Assembly (NCBI GenBank): GCA_040285825.1
Contig: JAUPSS010000001.1
Coordinates: 1-64,000 of the forward strand
Reading direction: 5' to 3'
DNA from: Eukaryota sp. TZLM1-RC
Taxonomy: Eukaryota; Protista; Metamonada: BaSk clade
DNA length: 64,000 bases
Made by a program: the position numbers and the translations under genes. The notes below the pieces were generated by a model. That model did not search any database. It was not told the DNA's origin and saw only the letters and a program-made list of their open reading frames with translations. Position 1 is the first letter of the stretch, and each line of letters starts with the position of its first letter. Of this stretch, positions 24,601-35,800 are shown piece by piece.

Positions 24601-26544
24601 TCATCATCCGTGACCCCCGGATGAAACCTCGCCAAATGCTCTAAGAGCTTATTGTTATTAGGAAAAGTCCAGTCACAACTGGTAACTGGACAAACTTTTT
24701 TAACTTTTCCCTTACAATACTTTTTATGGATGTTAATTGATTTGGGTTGATCTTTCACCACTGTTCTGCATTTACCGCAGCGGTGGAATCCATTCGCTTT
24801 ATATTGAGAATCAGGGATGTCCCCGTGCTCTACACTCAGGTGATTGTGTAGGCTTTTAATTGTATTGAATGTGAACTCACATTCTTCGACGAAACACGTG
24901 GTCAGCTTAATAGTTCCTTGTGATCGTCTTCCTATTGGTTTCTCTAGGCTTGGACTTGGAGAGTGATCTCTAGTTTCGGCCGCCAATAGGTCCCTGATAT
25001 CTCGCGGGGGTCTTGAGGGGTTAGAACTGGTTTGACTGGTTTGTTTTTCTTTGCCTGGAAGGACAAACTCTAAACCTTCTTTTAATTTTGATTGTGGTTG
25101 TTGAGTGCAATCCTCGACACTCATTGCTCTAATTGGAACATATGTAAAATTAGGTGACTTATCACCTACAATGCTGTTTTTTGCAAAACGCAGAGCCATT
25201 TTCATTCGTTCCTTTGTTAATTTATTCGCAGCACTGGAGACACCTTTTACTTTCTCCAATGTTAATACATAGGGTAACCCTTCCCTTTTAGAGCATATTT
25301 TATTAATAACAGGTCTCAGCTGTGTTACATTCACTGTTGACCTACCCATAATTCTCTCGAAGGCCCAGTCGCAATCGGTGATAATCACTGCAGATTGCAT
25401 ATCCCGAGGACGTACCTCAGGTTTTTCAATTAGGAGCATTGCTGCCAGCAAAGCATGGCTTTCTGCACCTAGACCGGTTGTAACGCCTTCACAAGGTCCG
25501 TAGTAATCTAAATAATGGTCCCCGTTATAATACATAACGATTCCCATTCCCGTCCTTGTATTTGACTTGGGTATGCTTCTAAATGCACCACTTGCGTAGA
25601 TCATTAGAGCATTTTGAGGATTGGGGATTCTATGTTTAGGCCCTGTACTCTCCGAATCCTTAAAAGAGACAGTGCCACTGTGTGCTGGTTTTAAACCTGA
25701 TTTTAGGTGTTTCTTTGCTGTTGATACACCTCGCTGATGAGTGTTTCTTGCTGTTGATACAGCTAGCTGGTGGGTGTTTTTTGCTGTTGATACACCTAAC
25801 TTAGGTGTTTTACTCGTTGATGTGACACCTTGTCTAGGTTTTCCCGCTGTTGAATGTCTTTTTGACCTTTTCTTAATGCAATCAATTTCAATGTGAGAGC
25901 CAGAGTTTAAATTTTCGTTACCAATAAAGGTAGGCTTGTGCCCCTCCCTATCCTCCGAAGAGGAATCGGGAGAGCGAGAACGTAAACTGCTAGAAGGACC
26001 TGACATATCATGAATTTTTGAAAGAAGAAAAAGAAAAATATATTTATAACCACTCGGTATTCAGTGATTGTTGTATTTTTTTTTTGTTTGTATTTATTTC
26101 TCACCTAAGGTTAGTTTTTTTGTTCGGTCCCCTTCCCAATTAGCTTACGAAGGTTTCCTCATGAGAAGTCGACAGTGTCATACTCATAATACCTGCTCTA
26201 AGTAAAACACTGTTGATCCTAGTTTGCCTTATATGAATATAAGTCATTCTTGAATCACTTACCCTCCTCGAAGACTAAATAAAGGAATTCTTTGTCCCAG
26301 GAAAATTTTCAAAGAAAAAACCCCCAACAATGGAATCCATTGATGAGGGTTGTGACAAATCTAATGTTGAAAAATGTTTGTTAAGTCCTATGTCCCAAAT
26401 GCTACACGGGAATACCCTACGCCCACTAATAGTATATGAACCCCCTCCGACAAGGTAATATACTAAAGTGTTGAAATGGAATAGGTAAACAAGACTATGT
26501 CTGAACACCGAATTTGTAAATCTTCCCCGGAAACGGAGGGGTTT
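21649..26544 (-). mobile_element. 18S-inserted CRE-clade non-LTR retrotransposon, family B, full-length (~4.9 kb)
   Basis: 18S homology stops at tatcacgt|taatttatt; ~130-nt 3' UTR, intact ORF, ~540-nt 5' UTR joined to repeat B. Confidence 0.92.
21780..26006 (-). CDS. Family B polyprotein, 1408 aa, intact: degenerate RNase H - four Zn fingers - RT - CCHC/RLE
   Basis: IYASGA..AESHA..ITDCD; two (C2H2+C2HC) pairs; RPIAVGELFYR, IDIANAFN, QGDPLGP, YLDD; CGYPSC..HFVNC, RHD, RPDL, YDLT. Confidence 0.95.
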   Translation of the reverse strand: MSGPSSSLRSRSPDSSSEDREGHKPTFIGNENLNSGSHIEIDCIKKRSKRHSTAGKPRQGVTSTSKTPKLGVSTAKNTHQLAVSTARNTHQRGVSTAKKHLKSGLKPAHSGTVSFKDSESTGPKHRIPNPQNALMIYASGAFRSIPKSNTRTGMGIVMYYNGDHYLDYYGPCEGVTTGLGAESHALLAAMLLIEKPEVRPRDMQSAVIITDCDWAFERIMGRSTVNVTQLRPVINKICSKREGLPYVLTLEKVKGVSSAANKLTKERMKMALRFAKNSIVGDKSPNFTYVPIRAMSVEDCTQQPQSKLKEGLEFVLPGKEKQTSQTSSNPSRPPRDIRDLLAAETRDHSPSPSLEKPIGRRSQGTIKLTTCFVEECEFTFNTIKSLHNHLSVEHGDIPDSQYKANGFHRCGKCRTVVKDQPKSINIHKKYCKGKVKKVCPVTSCDWTFPNNNKLLEHLARFHPGVTDDELAAKGYGVCPSCRGVFTSTGLTNHKKVCMPEAGLEYKELPVLSAELFRVLYHEIASTRYARLRSKGTWRGVIGSIANSDATMTQKWMYLLISPYVFLYGRKGNCFTQLNRLIDLINRNNQDEITCNEVVNLLRPDNLKRKNRTEEGIAKEQSRRAMELVRDGSCSKAMALLERDVTPFQLTKEQITAQLQKLHPSGEVADIDPGSPKIDLSIEDVTGVLRTMCTSSSGGPTMWTKKLVPSGAYFDDMLWYISKVLHNGPQDESQEVLVEVLLNSRLVPIPKNDGHSVRPIAVGELFYRIYAKAILRKVDPERLAMNGQFGVKIPCGAEAIIHSVRQSTTTDRFSHLLKIDIANAFNSIHRCEILKNLKNLAPEMVPSFLRIYGRSSKLFHSEGSIESTCGVKQGDPLGPYLFAVGIDDIMSKMGSEFPDAVSLGYLDDIAVLCTSEEQCNMFLDLFSELSAPVGCKVNREKCEIVQLSNNPTFDVLGCPIGSLSPKQSDLKVKELEKSLVSLEILPLQYRLLLLRMCIQPKLGFLARAWTPDLANSLLEKFHELVCNCIRNWFKTEVLFDGLVSLPMNWGGLGMTDWSKVSVLANASSLASSIVVVNRYKNKIMDLYTESTISRLDYLLGSFVDPKHVSSFLELSIADLRGMQKLETRLYHLDFAKQLFEECTDYFKKPAMSSEMVLFPEECKASNVSAIPRTLRHEVELQLTPECHRWLTVVPTERDLTLDDHAMMSGVRRRLMHSKPRSKCGYPSCGAKDITASHFVNCKTSREVIARHDSLVQITGRASGFRIEPKSEFNRWSQASRPDLIDESSRTAYDLTVVGGGEGTLASHVASTVKRKKFQHKKLIEEGEVDLMEILISYVSGGIHGKYLDRLRTLEISHIVPKLSVAIIRGSARAEKRYFSELSKLSNFKGSAENNVDVLSQVVPPPGVQD

Positions 26545-29500
26545 ACACCAAAAATGTGATCAAGAACACATGTTGTATTTATAAACTTGAAAACTTCTCT
26601 TGTAAAATGCGCCATTCGTTTCCATTTTTTCAAAGGCAAGATAACCATGTATAAATTGTTGCAAATGTTGTAAAAAGATTATCAACAAAGGAATTCAAAT
26701 CAAATGAATGACATGAACATTGGTTTTTAATGATGTATAAAGCTTTTAAATTTTGAAAAGATACTGACCTAATCAAAAGAATGATAATCGTGCAGAAAAT
26801 AGCGTTACCGTTGCCATATACAAACGATCACCTTTTGATTCAAATCAAACAAACGATATCTGTTTCTAGAATACATTCAAAATGAAAGTGAAATTGTAAA
26901 TTTTTTTGGAATTTATTTTTTTGTTTCTGTGAAATAACAAAAAGTAAAATAATTTTCTTTATCAATGTAAAAAGTTCATGCAACAATGTTTTTCTACACC
27001 AAAAATGTGATCAAGAACACATGCTGTATTTATAAACTTGAAAACTTCTCTTGTAAAATGCGCCATTCGTTTCCCATTTTTTTCAAAGGCAAGATAACCA
27101 TGTATAAATTGTCGCAAATGTTGTAAAAAGATTATCAACAAAGGAATTCAAATCAAATGAATGACATGAACATTGGTTTTAATGATGTATAAAGCTCATA
27201 AATTTTGAAAAGATACTGACCTAATCAAAAGAATGATAATCGTGCAGAAAATAGCGTTACCGTTGCCTTTTACAAACGATCACCTTTTGATTCAAGTCAA
27301 AAAAATGATATCTGTTTTTAGAATACATTCAAAATGAAAGTGAAACTGTAAATTTTTTAAAAATTTATTTTTTTGTTTCTGTCAAATAACAAAAGTAAAA
27401 TAATTTTCTTTATATAAAATATTTATTTTTATTCCACAACAAATATGAAATACACAATTAAAACTCCACATCCTCAAAACCTGCCTCCCCTACATCAAAA
27501 CAATTAATCGCTAAAGATTCAGAAAATTTCCCAAAAGAAGATAGTGAATCAGAAATTAGTGTTACCATTCCCTTAAAAATAGAAAATACAATCCTGTTTT
27601 TCCAGTAAACACGATTGAAAATTCTTCCAGTTCTTTCCTTTACAACTACAACAAAATCCTCAAGGAAAGCCATAGCAGCCTTACCTAGAGATCCAAGCAA
27701 AGAAAAAAACAAATGGACATAAATTATATTGGGCATGAGAATTTTCATTAACCGAGGAAATGGGTTTCGCATATTTAGCAATTTTATATTTTTCGCCTGC
27801 AAGAAGAGGATTATTTACATCCGAGTTAATGAAATGTTCGTTAGAGGAATTACAAGGGTCAATAGACATGGCGTCCAAAATAGTAAAACTACCATTTAAA
27901 CCAGGAACAACTAGATCACCTCTAGTCAGACCCATAGAAGCTCTGTTGTAACGCGTACTATCAATATTGGGATCATCAAGAATTAATTTTGATAACAGCG
28001 GTTCTAAAAAGGAATCTACACGATATGATTTGCACATTACATAAATTTGGTCCCTGACGTTATTATGCACTTTGCTTCTAAACGTAATGAAATGTTTACA
28101 GTTCAAAAAGATGAGTAAACAAAAGAGGTTTACCACATTTACAAGTTAAATGATTGGGCAAATTGTTTGACACAAAAACAACGAAAACGCAAGTTTAGAA
28201 GCCATTCATTGTCTTTTAACAAAAGTCCATAAACAGAGGGAACTTGAGTTACTAAAAGCAGCAGCAGAACTATCACGAATATCCTTTAAAAAATTACCTT
28301 TAATTTAATTTTTCTTTATCAATGTAAAAGTTCACGCAACAATGTTTTTTTACACCAAAAATGTGATCAAAAACCAGTGGTGCTATTCATAAATTGAAAA
28401 CTTCTCCTGTAAATTGCGCCATTCGTTTCGATTTTTTCAAAGGCAAGATAACCATGTATAAATTGTCGCAAATGTTGTAAAAAGATTATCAACAAAGGAA
28501 TTCAAATCAAATGAATGACATGAACATTGGTTTTAATGATGTATAAAGCTCTTAAATTTTGAAAAGATACTGACCTAATCAAAAGAATGATAATCGTGCA
28601 GAAAATAGCGTTACCGTTGCCATATACAAACGATCACCTTTTGATTCAAATCAAACAAACGATATCTGTTTCTAGAATACATTCAAAATGAAAGTGAAAT
28701 TGTAAATTTTTTTGGAATTTATTTTTTTGTTTCTGTGAAATAACAAAAGTAAAATAATTTTCTTTATCAATGTAAAAGTTCATGCAACAATGTTTTTCTA
28801 CACCAAAAATGTGATCAAGAACACATGCTGTATCTATAAACTTGAAAACTTCTCTTGTAAAATGCGCCATTCGTTTCCATTTTTTCAAAGGCAAGATAAC
28901 CATGTATAAATTGTCGCAAATGTTGTAAAAAGATTATCAACAAAGGAATTCAAATCAAATGAATGACATGAACATTGGTTTTAATGATGTATAAAGCTCT
29001 TAAATTTTGAAAAAGATACTGACCTAATCAAAAGAATGATAATCGTGCAGAAAATAGCGTTACCGTTGCCATATACAAACGATCACCTTTTGATTCAAAT
29101 CAAACAAACGATATCTGTTTCTAGAATACATTCAAAATGAAAGTGAAATTGTAAATTTTTTGGAATTTATTTTTTTGTTTCTGTGAAATAACAAAAGTAA
29201 AATAATTTTCTTTATCAATGTAAAAGTTCATGCAACAATGTTTTCTACACCAAAATGTGATCAAGAACACATGCTGTATCTATAAACTTGAAAACTTCTC
29301 TTGTAAAATGCGCCATTCGTTTCCATTTTTTCAAAGGCAAGATAACCATGTATAAATTGTCGCAAATGTTGTAAAAAGATTATCAACAAAGGAATTCAAA
29401 TCAAATGAATGACATGAACATTGGTTTTAATGATGTATAAAGCTCAAAATTTTGAAAGAAATACTAATCTAATCAAAAAAATGATAATCGTACAGAAGTT

Positions 29501-30833
29501 AGCGTAACCGTTGCCATATACGAACACATGCAGAAAACAGAAAAGCAAAACCAAAATTAATTGCATTATGGGTTGGTAAAATTCCAATGTCAAAATTGGA
29601 AAATCTGAAGTTTGAAACCTCCAACCTGAGCAACCTTCTGCGGTTTTTTTCATTTCCGTACTCCGACTTTGGGATGCGTCTGTAACTTCAAACACATTAT
29701 ACTCTTAGTGCCATGATTCTTCGGGGCAGAAGGGTAGACATCACAATTGCCATCAGTGCAGCAGCCTTGCCTAGCGCATTTTGGATTTCTATTCCGTAAA
29801 TCTTGTACCTATCGGTTATTGTAAGTGTTTCGTTTGACTCAATCACTCTTTTGATCTCAATTGTTCATGGATTGGCTTGATGTCTTCACCGTTGTACTTT
29901 CTTCTTGATGAAGACTCTATCGTAATAAAGTTTTCCTGGACAGTATTCTTTTCAGTACATACATCATCTTTTCTGCCAACACTATTGTTTTCAAGATTGC
30001 CATTGAAACAGAATACATAAATCATTTCTTCATGTATCAAACCTGCCTTGTATCACTTGTGCATAAGCATGTTTCCACAGAAAGTGTGAAAACACAATAA
30101 CATTCAACAGCGTTTTAAACACTCATATGGATATTACAATTCAAAGATTTATTGTCAAGTGTGGAGTCTTTTTGTCATATAAGAAATGGGGATTTCAAAT
30201 GAAAACTATGCCAAATTGTTTTAGCTTTTTGGTGCAGTATTTTTGATCAATAGAGCATCTGATTTCGTGTACTGATTTTGCAATAAAAGTGTTTGTTGAA
30301 TTTATGAAATTTTGAATTTATTTTTTATTTATGTTTAATAAAAAAGAAAAACTTCTTTATCAATGTAAAAGTTCACGCAACAATGTTTTTTACACCAAAA
30401 ATGTGATCAAGAACACATGCTGTATTTATAAACTTGAAAACTTCTCTTGTAAAATGCGCCATTCGTTTCCATTTTTCAAAGGCAAGATAACCATGTATAA
30501 ATTGTCGCAAATGTTGTAAAAAGATTATCAACAAAGGAATTCAAATCAAATGAATGACATGAACATTGGTTTTAATGATGTATAAAGCTCTTAAATTTTG
30601 AAAAAGATACTGACCTAATCAAAAGAATGATAATCGTGCAGAAAATAGCGTTACCGTTGCCATATACAAACGATCACCTTTTGATTCAAATCAAACAAAC
30701 GATATCTGTTTCTAGAATACATTCAAAATGAAAGTGAAACTGTAAATTTTTTTTGGAATTTATTTTTTTGTTTCTGTCAAATAACAAAAGTAAAATAATT
30801 TTCTTTATCAATGTAAAAGTTCATGCAACAATG
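26545..30833. repeat. Tandem repeat B, ~449-bp unit, interrupted by element D and an ~800-bp non-repeat block (~29525-30335)
   Basis: Anchor acaccaaaaatgtgatcaa at 26545, 26996, 28352, 28800, 29247, 30392. Confidence 0.95.
27414..28305 (-). mobile_element. 5'-truncated CRE-like element (family D), RLE domain only, with ~13-bp target-site duplication
   Basis: CKCG..HLLNC, KVHN, RGDL, LDAMS, EKYKIAKY; taattttctttat flanks both sides (27401-27413 and 28306-28319). Confidence 0.85.
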
Positions 30834-30836
30834 TAT

Positions 30837-32454
30837 TACAACATTACTCACACACAATTTCACACAAAGTTTGATCACAAGTTGATCACATCTAGTACAT
30901 AAGGACTACATGCAACTCACCAAATCACACCAATGACCATTCAACCAATCAAACCAATGACTACTCAAATGACCATAGCACGGACTTTAACACCACAATT
31001 GTTATATTAATTGTCCCAAAATGGACTTTAAAGATTTGACCAATGATTGTAATAAACAACCATTGGTCAATATACGAAACTAGGAACTTCATATGAGCCT
31101 CAGTAAATCGTATCAAAAACGATACTCTTACACTTACAGCAATTGTTTTATTAGTTTACAACATTCAATTGTATACTTTTTGATTTTTTACTTTTTTACA
31201 ATTTAATGTTTAAAAATTAATACACTCAATTAATTCAAATATATACAAAATCATTTGAAAATGTAATCATGAGTTTGTACTGATCAAGTAACACATAGCC
31301 AACATTACTCACACACAATTTCACACAAAGTTTGATCACAAGTTGATCACATCTAGTACATAAGGACTACATGCAACTCATCTAATCATACCAATGACCA
31401 TTCAACCAATCATACCAATGACTAATCAAATGACCATAGCACGGACTTTAACACCACAATTGTTATATTAATTGTCCCAAAATGGACTTTAAAGATTTGA
31501 CCAATGATTGTAATAAACAACCATTGGTCAATATACGAAACTAGGAACTTCATATGAGCCTCAGTAAATCGTATCAAAAACGATACTCTTACACTTACAG
31601 CAATTGTTTTATTAGTTTACAACATTCAATTGTATACTTTTGATTTTTTACTTTTTTACAATTTAATGTTTAAAAATTAATACACTCAATTAATTCAAAT
31701 ATATACAAAATCATTTGAAAATGTAATCATGAGTTTGTACTGATCAAGTAACACATAGCCAACATTACTCACACACAATTTCACACAAAGTTTGATCACA
31801 AGTTGATCACATCTAGTACATAAAGACTACATGCAACTCATCTAATCACACCAATGACCATTCAACCAATCAAACCAATGACTACTCAAATGACCATAGC
31901 ACGGACTTTAACACCACAATTGTTATATTAATTGTCCCAAAATGGACTTTAAAGATTTGACCAATGATTGTAATAAACAACCATTGGTCAATATACGAAA
32001 CTAGGAACTTCATATGAGCCTCAGTAAATCGTATCAAAAACGATACTCTTACACTTACAGCAATTGTTTTATTAGTTTACAACATTCAATTGTATACTTT
32101 TGATTTTTTACTTTTTTACAATTTAATGTTTAAAAATTAATACACTCAATTAATTCAAATATATACAAAATCATTTGAAAATGTAATCATGAGTTTGTAC
32201 TGATCAAGTAACACATAGCCAACATTACTAACACACAATTTCACACAAAGTTTGATCACAAGTTGATCACATCTAGTACATAAAGACTACATGCAACTCA
32301 TCTAATCATACCAATGACCATTCAACCAATCATACCAATGACTAATCAAATGACCATAGCACGGACTTTAACACCACAATTGTTATATTAATTGTCCCAA
32401 AATGGACTTTAAAGATTTGACCAATGATTGTAATAAACAACCATTGGTCAATAT
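30837..32454 (-). repeat. Tandem repeat A, ~3.5 copies
   Basis: Same ~463-bp unit. Confidence 0.96.
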
Positions 32455-32855
32455 ACGAAACTAGGAACTTCATATGAGCCTCAGTAAATCGTATCAAAAA
32501 CGATACTCTTACACTTACAGCAATGAGTTCCGTATCTTGGTCGTCTGCCAAGGTTTCATGATCCTGCGAATCTTCATAGTTTCAATGATCAATGAATAGT
32601 ACTTAGACTAAACATCAATCCCACTGATGAGATATTGGGACTGTGTAAACACAATCCTAATCTTTATCGATTAAATTTGCAGGTCAATATATCATCCTTT
32701 CTAGGTTGGATACTAGCTTAGAGGCGTTCAGCTATAATCCAACGCATGTTAGCTTCACACCAATATCTTTTCAGATAAGCGTAAATACCAATTATGCGAA
32801 ACAACGGTTCCTCTCGTACTGGGTTGCTTTACTATTAGGATGACAATTATTCAGT
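32455..32855 (-). rRNA. 28S rRNA 3'-terminal fragment
   Basis: Matches 17346-17746. Confidence 0.95.
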
Positions 32856-32889
32856 TTATTAAATCACAGATGCTGCTTATTGCTACGAA

Positions 32890-35800
32890 TTATACTATCT
32901 GGGTGAGCATTCGATGGTAAACACAGTTCATCATATATCCCTTTCTGATTATTTCCATTGCAACCCATTTACCCAGATTTTTAAGTTCGTATTTTCTTAG
33001 AAATTGAATGAATGAAGCGTCTAGTCCACCAGATGGATAAAAAACCAAAGGAGTAACATTGTCCACCCATCCACTGTATTTCTCTATCTTCTCATTCTTG
33101 CTTCTTCCGATGGCTTCTTCAATGCACGAGTGGTACCCACCTACCATTGTTAAATCGTAACCATGAGTTTCGTTTGTATTTAGCAAATCAATTCTTCCTG
33201 TAAAAAGCTTTTGTTCTGTTTGAAGACCTGTTTTCTCAGCAATTGTTTTGAGAATAGAATCATGTTTGTCAATCCTCATTCTAGAAAATTGCTCACAGTT
33301 GGCTGAATGGTATAAGGAGTCTGCACAGTGACCACATAATGCGCAATGGTGTGTTTGATGTCTGTGCATCAAAAGTCGGCATTTCAGTATATATCTCATT
33401 AGATGATCTGGCAAAGTAAAGTCTGCTGTTACAGGTAATGAAGTCAGTATAGTTCCAGCTAGGGGTTTACAATTGAGGGTGTAATCGTTAACTTTTGTTG
33501 TTGAGGAAATCTCACTATGCGTGTCTGGGGTCCTTAGTTGGACAAGAAACTCCTTTTGTGCCTTCTTGTAAAATTGGTTTGTGAGAAGGGATTGAAGTCT
33601 CTTGCCGTTATTGAACTCAGAAATTTCTGTTTTGACAAAAGTTGTGGATAACAGTACGTCATATTGGTCCAACAACTTGTCCAATTTCATGGAATTCATG
33701 GTTATGTTTGCTGATGCTACAGAGGCGTGATAACATAAATCAGCAATTTCGCAGTAATTTTTGAGCCCTAGGCCTCCAAAACTAGCTACTGGAAATGAAA
33801 CTAGTTCTTTGTATTTGGGTAATTGACCTAAAGTGTTCGTAATGAATTCAACTAAAAGATCGTGGCATGCTGCGAGAGCTTTAGTGGACGTTGTCGGTTT
33901 ATGAGTCCTAGCCGTAAACGAGAGTCGAGTGTTCAAGCAAGTTCTTATCAATAGTAGTTGATTTTGGATAGTTAGTTCAGAGATGTTGTTTATGCAGTTT
34001 CTAAATTCGTTTGGGCTTGAATTGTACAGCATTTCTTCTGCTCCAGGACCGACAAAACTACCTAACACAGTAAAAGTGTCTTCATTTGATAACGTGGATG
34101 TCTTATTAGTATTAACAGTGAGGTCAAGCAATTGAAGCGAATCGGTCATTTCTTCTATAATTTGCTGAGAACTTTGTACATTTGTGAGGACAAAGATATC
34201 ATCAAGATAAGCAAGAAATATAGAATCCGGAAAAAGTGTTTGAAGAATGTTGATTGGTTCAACTAATGATGTAGCAAATAACAAAGGACCAAGTGGGTCA
34301 CCTTGCTTGACTCCTTTTCAGAAATTACTTCATCTTCTCCATAAAACAGACTTGATGGGGACAAGTAGCTAGTCTTGTAGAATGGCACTAAACGAGGGCA
34401 ATATTTTTCTAAAGCGCTCAACAATTTTCCTCGATTCAATTCATTGAACGCATTTGCTATGTCAAATTTGATACACCTTTCGAATTTGGATCCTAGGTTT
34501 TGTCTAATGGCGTGAATAATACATTCGGCTCCGCCTGATACTTTGACTCCAAATTGGTTGCTTGAACTTAAATACTCTGTATTGCATTTGTTCAGAATGA
34601 TTCTGGCGATGACTCTATAAAAAAGCTCTCCAATGGCGATGGGACGTAATTTGTTACTGGTTTTTGGCAATGCGATTAAACGGCTTGAGGTCACAGCAAA
34701 TTTCAGGCATTCACTTACTGTACCATTATAGAAAGAGTTGGCCAAAAAATGAATACATCTTATTATATTGTTATTCAGGCATTCTTTCAATAGTTTACCA
34801 TGCCAGTGAAATACTCCACCCTCTGAAGCTGGCATTTCTAAAATTGCGTCTTCCACTTCTTGAACAGACAATGTCATGGAATTAGTAAGAACTTCAGGTG
34901 GAGACTCATAATTTTGTAAGTTGTCATCTTTGGGATGTAATCGATCAAGTTCTTTTTTCACTTCAGATTGGCTAAGAGATAATTGTGCATTGGTTCGTGT
35001 CACCATATTCATGGCTCTCGACAGTTCATTGTCCCTTATTAGTTCTTGAACTCTCTTCTTGTTTATTCCACCAGGGTTTTTCAAGGTATGCTTTGGAGCT
35101 ACATGTGAAAGCATGGAGTCAATCACTTGTGATGAGTCCGATCCTGTGTTAATCGATTGGATATTCGACATGAATTGAATCAAATTTACGATGCAAGAAC
35201 CGTTGTTGATCTTCAGGCAAACTAGTGGGAGCAGCAATAGATAACGGCACTTTTGTTCTTGCGAAATTGTAACATTATTTGAGATATAATCAATGGCATA
35301 TCTCCAAGACACTTTGCTTTTAAGCCTTGTGTAATTCAGCGATCCGAAACGTCGGGTGAGCTCAACCATTGTGTTACTTGATATTTCTGGAACCAGTTGT
35401 TCCTGGGGGCCTTGATGCTGGGAATTCCAATGAATATCAAACCCCCTTGTTGTAAATATCTGTTGGCAGCATGGGCATTTACAGAATTGATGAAGTAACA
35501 GTTCATCTTGCGTGAGAGAGGGGTGATTATCTTTGAGGTGAGAGCAAAGGTCCCGTGATCTTTCAAAATTATCATCGCAAAATGGACATACATTTTTACA
35601 ACAATTGTCAGTAACGTTTTCAACTGGTGGAAAGGTCATGGGCTTCATAGTGGCTATCGGTTCGGGTGGTCTTTGTTGGCTTAACTTTGAGGGGGTAAGT
35701 AGTTTCATGTTTTCACTTGTGTTTCCTTCTGCCCCCAGTTTGGCCAGCTTGTCCGCCATTTGATTCCCGTGAAGACCCACATGAGCAGCAATTTTTTCAA

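Noticed and set aside
26463-30519. Small ORFs in repeat B (MVILPLKKW...)
   Set aside because: Non-ATG starts, frames not conserved between units, no motifs
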